64,000 nt of DNA, from contig OZ234493.1 in assembly GCA_965153455.1 (NCBI GenBank), positions 14,126,213 through 14,190,212 of the forward strand. Direction: 5' to 3'. The stretch is from Sphagnum compactum (taxonomy: Eukaryota). Position 1 is the stretch's first letter. The number at the start of each line of letters is the position of its first letter. Both the position numbers and the translations under genes were made by a program. Under the pieces are notes generated by a model. It was given only the letters and a program-made list of their open reading frames with translations, ran no database searches and was not told where the DNA came from. Positions 39,701 through 51,300 of the stretch are shown piece by piece.

Positions 39701-39914
39701 GGCTCTTCATGAGATGACTGAAGCACCATTTCGTGCCATGGATGAGTTTGATGTCTTCATGGATGCAATCAGTAGAAAAATCAGCCTTGATACTGTTGTG
39801 GATTTTGCTGTCCAGCAAGGATCTCAGTGGATTTTCATCACACCTCATGACATCTCCTCAGTGAAAGCAGGGCCATTTGTAAGGAAGCAGCAAATGTCTG
39901 CACCCCGCCCTTGA
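36774..39914 (+). CDS. SMC6: Structural maintenance of chromosomes protein 6, single coding exon, 1046 aa from ATG 36774
   Basis: IKLQNFMCH, Walker A GQNGSGKS, Q-loop IMTQDKSREFL, coiled coils, hinge (PPVGPLG), signature LSGGERS, Walker B/D-loop RAMDEFDVFMD, FITPH and C-terminal APRP. Confidence 0.96.
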   Translation: MEEIAEKAGSIKRIKLQNFMCHSSLIIELEDHVNFITGQNGSGKSAILTALCVAFGIKARGTQRASSLKDFIKNGCGYGSVSVDIKNEGEDAFKPSLYGKVITVERRITETTQTFCMKDEKGKKVAGKREDLQELLDHFNIEVDNPCVIMTQDKSREFLHAGSGKEKFKFYFKATLLQQVAELLMTIREKIENAGAVVEELKQEMVPFIEELKTLDEQIRNAQEIEEMAQQVGVLKKKLAWCWVYDTQKKLQLEAQNLEKFQSRIPTCQRKIDEAEEVTKNVQEAIRLKRASIASLLETSNQQRNSQNELQQALSLATREKAGLEEDLNNKQRQIARQMEQLQTLEQHVTEVRNRHVQDTQAEEAVRQEQFEKLNLNVEAAQSELRQIREEEANLQGQVDAMNQQVNGIKSEMEELGAKLRDTQGYIRRLKSQQSNVMTTFGGDKVLKLLQTVEAQSRGFTSPPVGPLGSHTALVGNDKWSLAIEVAVGKLLNAFIVTNQKDMLLLRKCAQWSNYGYVQIIIYDFDRPPLQLPPHLLPDSSLRTVMSVLQSDNHVVMNVLVDQGSIERQVLAKDYNEGKLIAFGNSHLSNNVKEVLTADGIKLFSRNGSETILNRDRRVQGRLGVHVGHQLETAEVEASALQGTIHSAENRKRAAADSAHNFQMQLQATRRRRQDFQRNITGLELQLRDMQNAAQAESAMDVEPDVNELEGEISKAREGIQANEDMLVKLTFSLQRAQEKVDAAKAHFDALRESARGDIEATEVAEEELLTLEEELRTAVLALEHFQKIMQTRVLPDICEAEKAVENLRQELEETTGKASQVCPEEEVTGLGGVDKSPQEYSIILCRLQDQVRREERNNEPLEDLENKRQKIERRVVKKELTYKSLKGKLELLDGTYQIRLKKFQKNAIRLRQQLTWQFNGHLRKKGFSGSVKVDYSTETLSLEVQMPQDVSNSAVRDTRALSGGERSYSTLSFALALHEMTEAPFRAMDEFDVFMDAISRKISLDTVVDFAVQQGSQWIFITPHDISSVKAGPFVRKQQMSAPRP

Positions 39915-42782
39915 GTCTTGTCTTGCAAGAAGGCAACCCACAAATATCATTGGGACAACAATGCTAGAACTTTCCTCCAGAACTTGCATTGCTTTATCAT
40001 TGTGATCATAAAAGTGGGTATTGATACAAAAGTGCCCCATAGGACTTCTTGATTTGTGCCACATCAGGTGACAAACACTGAGAGTTCCAGGGAGATTGCA
40101 CTACTCGTTCTCTTATGTGTGTATAACAGCTGACCCAGAGGTTATTGAGGGAAATTTGGCTAGCTCTGCCTACTAATTTGCATGCAGTCATTGCATCTTA
40201 CAGCCAGTAGGGCTTATTGGTCAATGGGTGTGAGAATGGTTTACCTTCTTTCTGCAGGGCTCTGGATTCACCTGTATGATCACATGAACTGCAGGCTGAT
40301 GGAGTTGATCATTCATGTACAGAAGCTGTTGTTCAAGTCTTGCGTTTGCCATGAATGCACTGCTTGTCACCCACTGGAAGCCTGAAATGGGACCTCACTT
40401 GTCAATACTTCAACGATTTCAAAGTCTTGTCAAGTCTCCAGTTGGCAGTGAACAGCAATGGTGTAACAGTCTACTCACATCACAAACATTGCCAATAGCA
40501 GGATGCCCTTGGAGCACATAACAGGTTGGATATGGGATCTCAGGACAAATACAATGAACATAGTTTTTTCATAGTAATTTCATAATTTACACTTTCATGG
40601 ATTTTATCACAATGGTAACTTCTTTGTGTGGGCATGGGAAGTGGGTGCACTATAAGCACGTGTACTACATTTTGTAACATGTAATGGGCAAATGAAAATT
40701 CAATCATCATCCAACTTGTAGTTGGAATAAAATTCAACACTTGACAAATTGTGTTAAGTGAATTGATTTTAATTGTTTAATGTAGAAAATGAAGCATAAT
40801 CCAAATCGACAAACTCGTAATGTTTGTAGATGGAATATTATATTTGTTTTATTTTTTTCATTCACTTTTATTCATGAATGTGAAGTGCAAAAAAATCCAT
40901 CTCATTTATATTGTTGAGTTTTGTGAAAAAGTAAATTGAAATTAAATATACAACATCGATGTACCTCAATTGAAAATAATGTTTCCCTTATTCAATTTAT
41001 TCCATAATCCAATTTCAAGAATTATGTAAAGCCTTTCAACAAATGCCACCTCCTATACAACTTTTATTCATTTCCAAATCTCATTGTATTCAAATGTTAC
41101 AAAAGTTTTGATTCATTGTCAAATTTCATCCACGTTTAAAAGATTGTCATGTGGCAGAATAAATATGTTTCGATGTCATTAAATATTTGATGTGGCAAGG
41201 TATATTTCAAGAATATTTTATATTTGTGGCAAAAAATATTTTGAAAAGATTCTTGTACGCTCACATGTTTACCCTCATGTGATCACAAGTTAACATTTAG
41301 TTGTAGAAAAACCTTCTTGTAAAAATAATAATGGACAACAATAATGATAATAATCATGTGAGGGAACAACAACACTTGATTATTATTGACACTATTGTAA
41401 TACCTTTTCAAGTTTGGCATCTTATTGTTGAAAAAATATATATTTATTTTGAAAAAATTATTTCGATGCAATTTTTTTTTAATTATTTAAATTAAAAAAT
41501 ATCGGCATGTTTTTCATCACTAATGTTCTATACAAACATTTTGCGTCACAATCGAGGTTTTGATCCCAAAACCTCCATTGCAGGAAACATGGCACCAACC
41601 ATTGACATTCCATCAATCACTAAAGAGTAGGGTTTATTTTTTAGATTTATTACATACACAATTTTTTTTTAAAAACGAAAAAAACCATGTGATAGAATAA
41701 CACAATTCTTTACAAAACTAAACTATCATGCCCATAAAAAAACGTCGGTAAACAAATTTTGGTTTCATAATTGTTTTTTAAATTTTCAATACAAAGGGAT
41801 CGTCGAACCTAGAAATGTATTATGGTATTGTTGGAATAGCTTAAATAGGTACAAAAGATGATGACGAATGGAAATTGAAAAGCACAAGTTTCAAACTTTT
41901 GTCTCAACTCTTACCTCATTGACATTATAAAACATTGTCACAAGGAAACCATATTGTAAGGACAACAATTCTTTCACATCCTATAAAGCATTTGGATTTG
42001 CAAAATTTTAATTTTAATTTTTTCATAACTAGTAATAAATTCCAATTTAACAATGTTTTGAAAGGTTAATAGTTGTATTATTACATGTAAATGAATTTTT
42101 TCCCTTGGAGGTCATACATGAATTAGTTAGTTGTAATCAATAATTTTTTAAAACAAATAATATTTTTTAATTAAAAAAACTAATTTCAAATTTTAAAAAA
42201 TGTTATTTTTTTTATTGATATAATTTTCAAATTTATGGTTAATGTAATTATGTATATGACATTAAACATTTAATTTTAAGGGCATGACTTTCCATTTTAA
42301 AACATCATATCATGTTGGTGAATATTTGACAATTTAACATTTATTCTTCAATGATCATATATATCGGTTGGTTTAGGTGCTTCACTATTCAAAGGTTATA
42401 GCTTTTTATTATTTCAAGTTCATGTTTATTGGTGAAGGTTGGAGTCAATAACCGAATTATAATATTTGGAGGGTAAAAAATATTGTTGTAAGGTTAAATA
42501 ACAACTATGGGGTGAACCTACTATTAGTTTATATGTTGAATTTTTAATAATAATTTATTAAAAATAATAAGATTTTTAAAATGAAGATTATATATATATA
42601 TATATCATTTTTTTCAAAAACATTCACATTTGATTTTAAATGCATTACAACTTAAACAACATTTAAAACATCGTATGTGTAAACAATATACAAAATTGCA
42701 ATAACATTATTGATCACACTATGATAATGTGAAATTTTTTAAAATATGCTTAAAATGGGTTTTGATAATAATGTGAATTAAA

Positions 42783-43143
42783 GATTGCCAAAGAAATTGT
42801 AGACAATTGGCTAGAAAAGCATGGATATCGCTGTTGCCATCAAATCTCTCTCAAGCTCTGGAATCAAGTCTATTCTCGAAAGAAGAACAAGAAACAACAA
42901 CAAGAACACGAAACAAGAACAAGAACAAGACCAAGAAACAGCAACAAAAACAAGAACAAGAAACAGCAATAAGAAAAAGAAACAAGAACACGAAACAAGA
43001 ACACAAAACAAAAACAAGAAACTATCAAGCTATCACATCTCTATCAATCTGTCGATGGATCAAGTCTATTCTCGAAACAAGAACAAGAACAAGACGGGGA
43101 ATTCAGTAGCGAATAGCGAGAGCATGAGAAAAGAAGTATGGAA
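42783..43143. repeat. ~360-bp (ACAAGA)n-rich insertion present only next to the left arm
   Basis: Interrupts the homology with 48374-48381. Internal repeat ATCAAGTCTATTCTCGAAA at ~42863 and ~43059. Confidence 0.8.
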
Positions 43144-43195
43144 AAGTTACAATACAATGTAACATTTCAAATGTTTTTCCCCAGTTTGTAGTTGA

Positions 43196-44095
<900 letters not shown>

Positions 44096-46079
44096 ATATG
44101 TTTTTAAGGTTAATAAATGTTGTTTGAATTAATAAACTTACATAGGATCCAATGCTTTTAAATGACATTGCACATTAAAGTGATTGTTTTTTATTCAATG
44201 CCAAAATGCATGGCTTTAAATATTTTTCATTTTTTAATACACAATTTTGCATGTTTAATGGTGAAAATTCAAAAACAAATGTTCATCATATGAATGTAAT
44301 AAACAATATTATAATCCCAAATCTTGAGGTTTTTTTAGTGACCTTCATTTTGTTTCAAATTTTATAATCATTTATATAAAATGATTATTATATATTTTAT
44401 TTTATAAAATATATTTATTTTATTTATAAAATTATTTTCTAATTTTATTCACAATGAATATTTTCATCATTTTAAAAAATAATTTTCTTTTAATATTGTG
44501 ACTTTTTAAAATATTTATTTATTTTGTTTTATTTTTAATGGGCTAAACTCATTATTTCACATTTATTATTTTTTTCCCCATTTTCACATTACTATTTTTA
44601 ACATATTTAAATTTATTCCTTCATATGTTGACTATTGATCCATTTTCAAAATCACATTTTCATCAACATTTTTTTTTTTAACATTATTTTTTCCACCCAT
44701 CTACATAATCACATTGATCATTTTATTGACAAAAAAATTCGAACCATTTTTTTTTTTAAGCATAAATTTTTAAATTCATCGACAAATAATTCATGTATAA
44801 ATATTTAGGCATCATATTCATTTGGGCACAACTATCACAATGTTAATGGGGTTATATTGTTTAACATGTAAATATAAATGTAAAAAATGCAAAGTGTTAG
44901 ACTTCCTATTTCATTTTAAGTATATTTTTTTTACAACACCATTTATTTTCATGTCATTTACTTCAATCATTAAAAGGTGTTAAGTTTCAACATTTTTTAT
45001 TTAACTTTTTTGTTAATTCTTTAAATATTAAATATGTAAATCATGGGTGAAAACACATTAAAATGAAACCAAAATAATAATTGAAAGTTCATTTCAAATG
45101 TATTTAAACTTATCTTAAAATACGAATGTTTGATTTTTTTTTTAAATCCACTTTTAAACCTTTTCAAAATTCAAAACATTTGTTACAAGTTAGCAAATCA
45201 AATGAAGGTGTTCAAAACTTTGAATTTTTTTGAAAACCTTATCACCACAAAACAAAATGGGGTGCTTTAAATATGACATTTTTTAATAAAATCAAGATAT
45301 ATCAATAAAATAATTAGAGAATTATGCAAGGTCAATGAAATAATCACATCACATTTAATTTCTAAAATTCAATCTTATCACTTTTAAGAATGTAACATAA
45401 AACTATGAAGCTTGTAAATCACAAGCAAGTTTAAGATCAAAACTATGTATATTTATTACATAGTTATAGAAATTTATGTTTTTGTTTGCATAAATATTTT
45501 TTCACCTCTTTAGTGGCTATGTATAACTAATATGGCACCAATTTTCCTGCCATGGATTTCACATAAACTATATCAAAACTTTTCAAAACTAAAATTTCAA
45601 TTACCTTCACAATTATATTTCGTGAAGTTTTACATTCATACAATTTATTTCTATCAAATGAATATGTTTACAAAGGTCACAAACATTTTTTTATATATTA
45701 ACTAAAATGAAATTAAACAAGAAATTTTCTAAAGTTTACACATACAAATAAAATGATAAATTTTTTCCATATGAACTATCATATGCGAATCAATGCATCT
45801 TAATGTGACAAAGAATTTTCACATAAATTATCATGTGTGAAGCAATGCATTTTAATGTGCCAAAAGACTTATCACATGATTTTTCACATAAATTATCATG
45901 TGATAGTCAATGCACCTTATTGTGTCAAAAACTTATCATATGACTATTTGTATCAAATCAGCTTGTCCGCATCTCGGACTCTGAGCGTAAATTCTGGAAC
46001 TGTTGATACCGTACAGACACCCCCTTATACCAGTTCGTATTCGTATTCGTACTCGTATTTGTATATGTATAATTGAATA

Positions 46080-47050
46080 GTTGTGACTGCAATCTTTGCC
46101 CATTGATTTTGTCAGCTCCCCAAAGTGGGTAGGTGCACATGGACTCTCAAGCCTTAAACGTTGAAGTGCATGATAAGGATGGAAAAGCACAGGCTCCTCA
46201 AGGCAGAAAACATATTTGAGGTTTTGTGATATGAAAACAAAAAACTGGAATTTCTTTGGTACCTAAACATGGACTCTTGCCATAAACAATGACCATGAAA
46301 TTTCACTGAATGAAAGGCAACACAGAACCCAGTGATGAAACTGCATACATTTCAACTCATGTGCCCAAAACTTGAGAACAAAATTCACCTAGGAGCACGC
46401 CAAATTTAAGGGAAATCAACCCATCAGGATGAAAAAAGGGTCCAGCATGACCTGCAACAGAAAGTGGAGAAATATCTACGTGGGTAGGAGAAGGTGGTGA
46501 CATCAACTTCTTTGTAAGGCAAACAACTCTAGGTCACAACACAAGGAAATAAAAAATAAAAAACTCCTTCCAGGAGGCCAATTTGAAGCGAAAACCCATG
46601 GATATAAGTGCATCGAAAAGAAGACAAACCTGACCTAACCCGCAAACTCGGAGGATGAGGTAGACGAGTGGGAACACCCAAACCCTAGAACCCAAAATGC
46701 TCTTCTGGAGTTCAAATTCAAGGGGGGGGGAAACAGTAACAAAAACATGAGAAAGGATCCCGGAAGGTGGAGACGGTTTGGGAGGTGAAGAGAGAGCGAG
46801 AGAGAGGAGAAGATCGCACTTGCACAGAACGAATCGATGGAGATCGGGAGACTCGCGTTGAGCTTGCCTCCAAACACTTTCGCGAGATGACAAAGCGGAA
46901 AGGAACCTGCACCCACAATCCGAACTCAAGACGGCGGGAAATCTCATCGTCTAGCCAACAGCCGAGATCTCAATCGAAATCTCAAAACGAGGGGCCTATG
47001 TTTTCGCTCATTGACAAAAAAGAAGTGGGTGGCGGGACGAACTCTTGAAG
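46080..47050 (-). promoter_or_regulatory. Orphan GC-rich promoter/5'-UTR-like block with a canonical E2F site TTTCCCGCC (46933-46941, minus strand); copy at ~59335-60340
   Basis: E2F motif, CT-rich tract, telo-box-like AAACCCTAG and splice-site-like motifs, but no convincing CDS. Confidence 0.45.
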
Positions 47051-47059
47051 CCACATTAT

Positions 47060-47355
47060 TAACTCCCTCAAACATTCCTCCTTTGGGATATGGAAGAATT
47101 TATCGCCTCCTTTTAGGACCGCCATAAAACCATAAGCAATATGAGGTAATGATTAATGATTATCCGACTTGTAGTTGGGTGGATTTTGCTTCCATGATGG
47201 CTTCGTCCTTGGGCAAGCAGGGGTCGTGGGTGCCCTGTAAGCACATTTCATTTTGCAATATGCCATGTATTTTGGGATTAAAGAACCATTCATCCACTAT
47301 CCATCCTAGAGCTCGAATGAGGTTCATAAATTATTATATCGAGCCAAAGTCGTGA
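47060..47355 (+). pseudogene. SWIM-type zinc-finger fragment (MULE-related), degenerate
   Basis: YEVMINDYPTCSWVDF...WVPCKHI resembles the CxC-xn-CxH motif, with the second C changed to W. Confidence 0.55.
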
Positions 47356-47890
47356 AGGTAATTTTGGTTATAGAGTCATTAGATTGTTGTTAAATAGGAC
47401 TATTACGGGTCTAATTCGACAAATAATGTTGAAAAATATTTTCATTTTTGCTATCATCCAAAACGTTCTTGATGTTCAACTTTCATCCATGTACATGTGG
47501 AAAAATATTTTCCATGTCATTTCTATGTGGCATAAGGATATTATAGTAATCACTAAAAGAAAAACATGTATTTTTTACTAGTCTTTGCGACTAAATTTTA
47601 GTTGCAAGAAACATTTTGCAACTAAAATCCCTTTAGTCGCCTACGACAAGTCGCATGTGATAAATTAGTCATAAATGACAAAGGGTATTATATGAAAGAA
47701 AAAGTCAACAAATACATTTCATCCTTTGACTCCATTGTATACGTATTGTCACATGCGACTAAGATGCAACTATTTTGGTCACAATTGAGGGCAAATGATG
47801 TGTTGCCACGTGTTTTAATATTTTAATATTTAAATTATTATTATTATTAATTGAATGGCTAAGTCTTTGGTGGACATCCTTCTGGGTTGC

Positions 47891-48296
47891 CTATGTGTTG
47901 ATATTACATTTGCCTGGATGTTTGACACACCAAAGAGGCTGGAAAGGTTCAGCACCGATACCACTGGACACTAACCGGAATCTCCAATCATTCAACCTGT
48001 CAATAGCCTGTGCATATCGTTTTTTCCCATCAGGGTGCTTGTTGCCTGACCAAAGTGATTCAGCCAAAGTTGCAGTACGGGGCCACAGACGGTTGCCAAG
48101 AACTGTAGCATCTGCTTGTTCAGACCAGAGGCTCACCTCTGCACCAATCACAAGAGCAGCTTCAGAAGTTGTCAAATTGAAAGTGATATCATAGTCATAA
48201 ATTTTTGCCCATGTTTTGAAAGGTCCGCACCAGGATCCACCATTGCCACCAGGGTAGTTAAACAGATTCCCTGGGTCATTGCTATCTTCATCATAC
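47891..48296 (-). pseudogene. Complete orphan terminal exon of GH20 beta-hexosaminidase (HEXO2-like)
   Basis: [11 protein letters not shown]...[10 protein letters not shown]...RLWPR...LWSGN...[25 protein letters not shown]. Acceptor at 48298-48297. No upstream exons recognised. Confidence 0.88.
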
Positions 48297-48380
48297 CTAT
48301 ACAAGACCAACTTAAGGTCATGTCAACTACAAACTGTGGAAAAACATTTGAAATGTTACATTGTATTGTAACTTGTTATG

Positions 48381-51300
48381 TTTAATTCACATTATTATCA
48401 AAACCCATTTTAAGCATATTTTAAAATTTTTCACATTATCATAGTGTGATCAATAATGTTATTGCAATTTTGTATATTGTTTACACATACGATGTTTTAA
48501 ATGTTGTTTAAGTTGTAATGCATTTAAAATCAAATGTGAATGTTTTTGAAAAAAATGATATATATATATATATAATCTTCATTTTAAAAATCTTATTATT
48601 TTTAATAAATTATTATTAAAAATTCAACATATAAACTAATAGTAGGTTCACCCCATAGTTGTTATTTAACCTTACAACAATATTTTTTACCCTCCAAATA
48701 TTATAATTCGGTTATTGACTCCAACCTTCACCAATAAACATGAACTTGAAATAATAAAAAGCTATAACCTTTGAATAGTGAAGCACCTAAACCAACCGAT
48801 ATATATGATCATTGAAGAATAAATGTTAAATTGTCAAATATTCACCAACATGATATGATGTTTTAAAATGGAAAGTCATGCCCTTAAAATTAAATGTTTA
48901 ATGTCATATACATAATTACATTAACCATAAATTTGAAAATTATATCAATAAAAAAAATAACATTTTTTAAAATTTGAAATTAGTTTTTTTAATTAAAAAA
49001 TATTATTTGTTTTAAAAAATTATTGATTACAACTAACTAATTCATGTATGACCTCCAAGGGGAAAAATTCATTTACATGTAATAATACAACTATTAACCT
49101 TTCAAAACATTGTTAAATTGGAATTTATTACTAGTTATGAAAAAATTAAAATTAAAATTTTGCAAATCCAAATGCTTTATAGGATGTGAAAGAATTGTTG
49201 TCCTTACAATATGGTTTCCTTGTGACAATGTTTTATAATGTCAATGAGGTAAGAGTTGAGACAAAAGTTTGAAACTTGTGCTTTTCAATTTCCATTCGTC
49301 ATCATCTTTTGTACCTATTTAAGCTATTCCAACAATACCATAATACATTTCTAGGTTCGACGATCCCTTTGTATTGAAAATTTAAAAAACAATTATGAAA
49401 CCAAAATTTGTTTACCGACGTTTTTTTATGGGCATGATAGTTTAGTTTTGTAAAGAATTGTGTTATTCTATCACATGGTTTTTTTCGTTTTTTAAAAAAA
49501 ATTGTGTATGTAATAAATCTAAAAAATAAACCCTACTCTTTAGTGATTGATGGAATGTCAATGGTTGGTGCCATGTTTCCTGCAATGGAGGTTTTGGGAT
49601 CAAAACCTCGATTGTGACGCAAAATGTTTGTATAGAACATTAGTGATGAAAAACATGCCGATATTTTTTAATTTAAATAATTAAAAAAAAATTGCATCGA
49701 AATAATTTTTTCAAAATAAATATATATTTTTTCAACAATAAGATGCCAAACTTGAAAAGGTATTACAATAGTGTCAATAATAATCAAGTGTTGTTGTTCC
49801 CTCACATGATTATTATCATTATTGTTGTCCATTATTATTTTTACAAGAAGGTTTTTCTACAACTAAATGTTAACTTGTGATCACATGAGGGTAAACATGT
49901 GAGCGTACAAGAATCTTTTCAAAATATTTTTTGCCACAAATATAAAATATTCTTGAAATATACCTTGCCACATCAAATATTTAATGACATCGAAACATAT
50001 TTATTCTGCCACATGACAATCTTTTAAACGTGGATGAAATTTGACAATGAATCAAAACTTTTGTAACATTTGAATACAATGAGATTTGGAAATGAATAAA
50101 AGTTGTATAGGAGGTGGCATTTGTTGAAAGGCTTTACATAATTCTTGAAATTGGATTATGGAATAAATTGAATAAGGGAAACATTATTTTCAATTGAGGT
50201 ACATCGATGTTGTATATTTAATTTCAATTTACTTTTTCACAAAACTCAACAATATAAATGAGATGGATTTTTTTGCACTTCACATTCATGAATAAAAGTG
50301 AATGAAAAAAATAAAACAAATATAATATTCCATCTACAAACATTACGAGTTTGTCGATTTGGATTATGCTTCATTTTCTACATTAAACAATTAAAATCAA
50401 TTCACTTAACACAATTTGTCAAGTGTTGAATTTTATTCCAACTACAAGTTGGATGATGATTGAATTTTCATTTGCCCATTACATGTTACAAAATGTAGTA
50501 CACGTGCTTATAGTGCACCCACTTCCCATGCCCACACAAAGAAGTTACCATTGTGATAAAATCCATGAAAGTGTAAATTATGAAATTACTATGAAAAAAC
50601 TATGTTCATTGTATTTGTCCTGAGATCCCATATCCAACCTGTTATGTGCTCCAAGGGCATCCTGCTATTGGCAATGTTTGTGATGTGAGTAGACTGTTAC
50701 ACCATTGCTGTTCACTGCCAACTGGAGACTTGACAAGACTTTGAAATCGTTGAAGTATTGACAAGTGAGGTCCCATTTCAGGCTTCCAGTGGGTGACAAG
50801 CAGTGCATTCATGGCAAACGCAAGACTTGAACAACAGCTTCTGTACATGAATGATCAACTCCATCAGCCTGCAGTTCATGTGATCATACAGGTGAATCCA
50901 GAGCCCTGCAGAAAGAAGGTAAACCATTCTCACACCCATTGACCAATAAGCCCTACTGGCTGTAAGATGCAATGACTGCATGCAAATTAGTAGGCAGAGC
51001 TAGCCAAATTTCCCTCAATAACCTCTGGGTCAGCTGTTATACACACATAAGAGAACGAGTAGTGCAATCTCCCTGGAACTCTCAGTGTTTGTCACCTGAT
51101 GTGGCACAAATCAAGAAGTCCTATGGGGCACTTTTGTATCAATACCCACTTTTATGATCACAATGATAAAGCAATGCAAGTTCTGGAGGAAAGTTCTAGC
51201 ATTGTTGTCCCAATGATATTTGTGGGTTGCCTTCTTGCAAGACAAGACTCAAGGGCGGGGTGCAGACATTTGCTGCTTCCTTACAAATGGCCCTGCTTTC

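Larger units (their letters stand above)
35277..42782 (+). repeat. Left arm (7506 bp) of a large inverted duplication
   Basis: Reverse complement of 48381-55886; all mirrored ORF coordinates sum to 91163. Confidence 0.97.
44991..50227 (+). repeat. Segment directly repeated at 58241-64000
   Basis: Colinear match with scattered substitutions and indels; offset ~13.25-13.77 kb. Confidence 0.95.

Noticed and set aside
36753-39914. Intronless SMC as a bacterial Smc/SbcC/Wadjet gene or contamination
   Set aside because: The motifs are specifically eukaryotic SMC6, the flanks are plant-like, and there are no operon partners.
42807-43162. Lys/Thr/Asn-rich ORFs
   Set aside because: Artefacts of the (ACAAGA)n low-complexity insertion.
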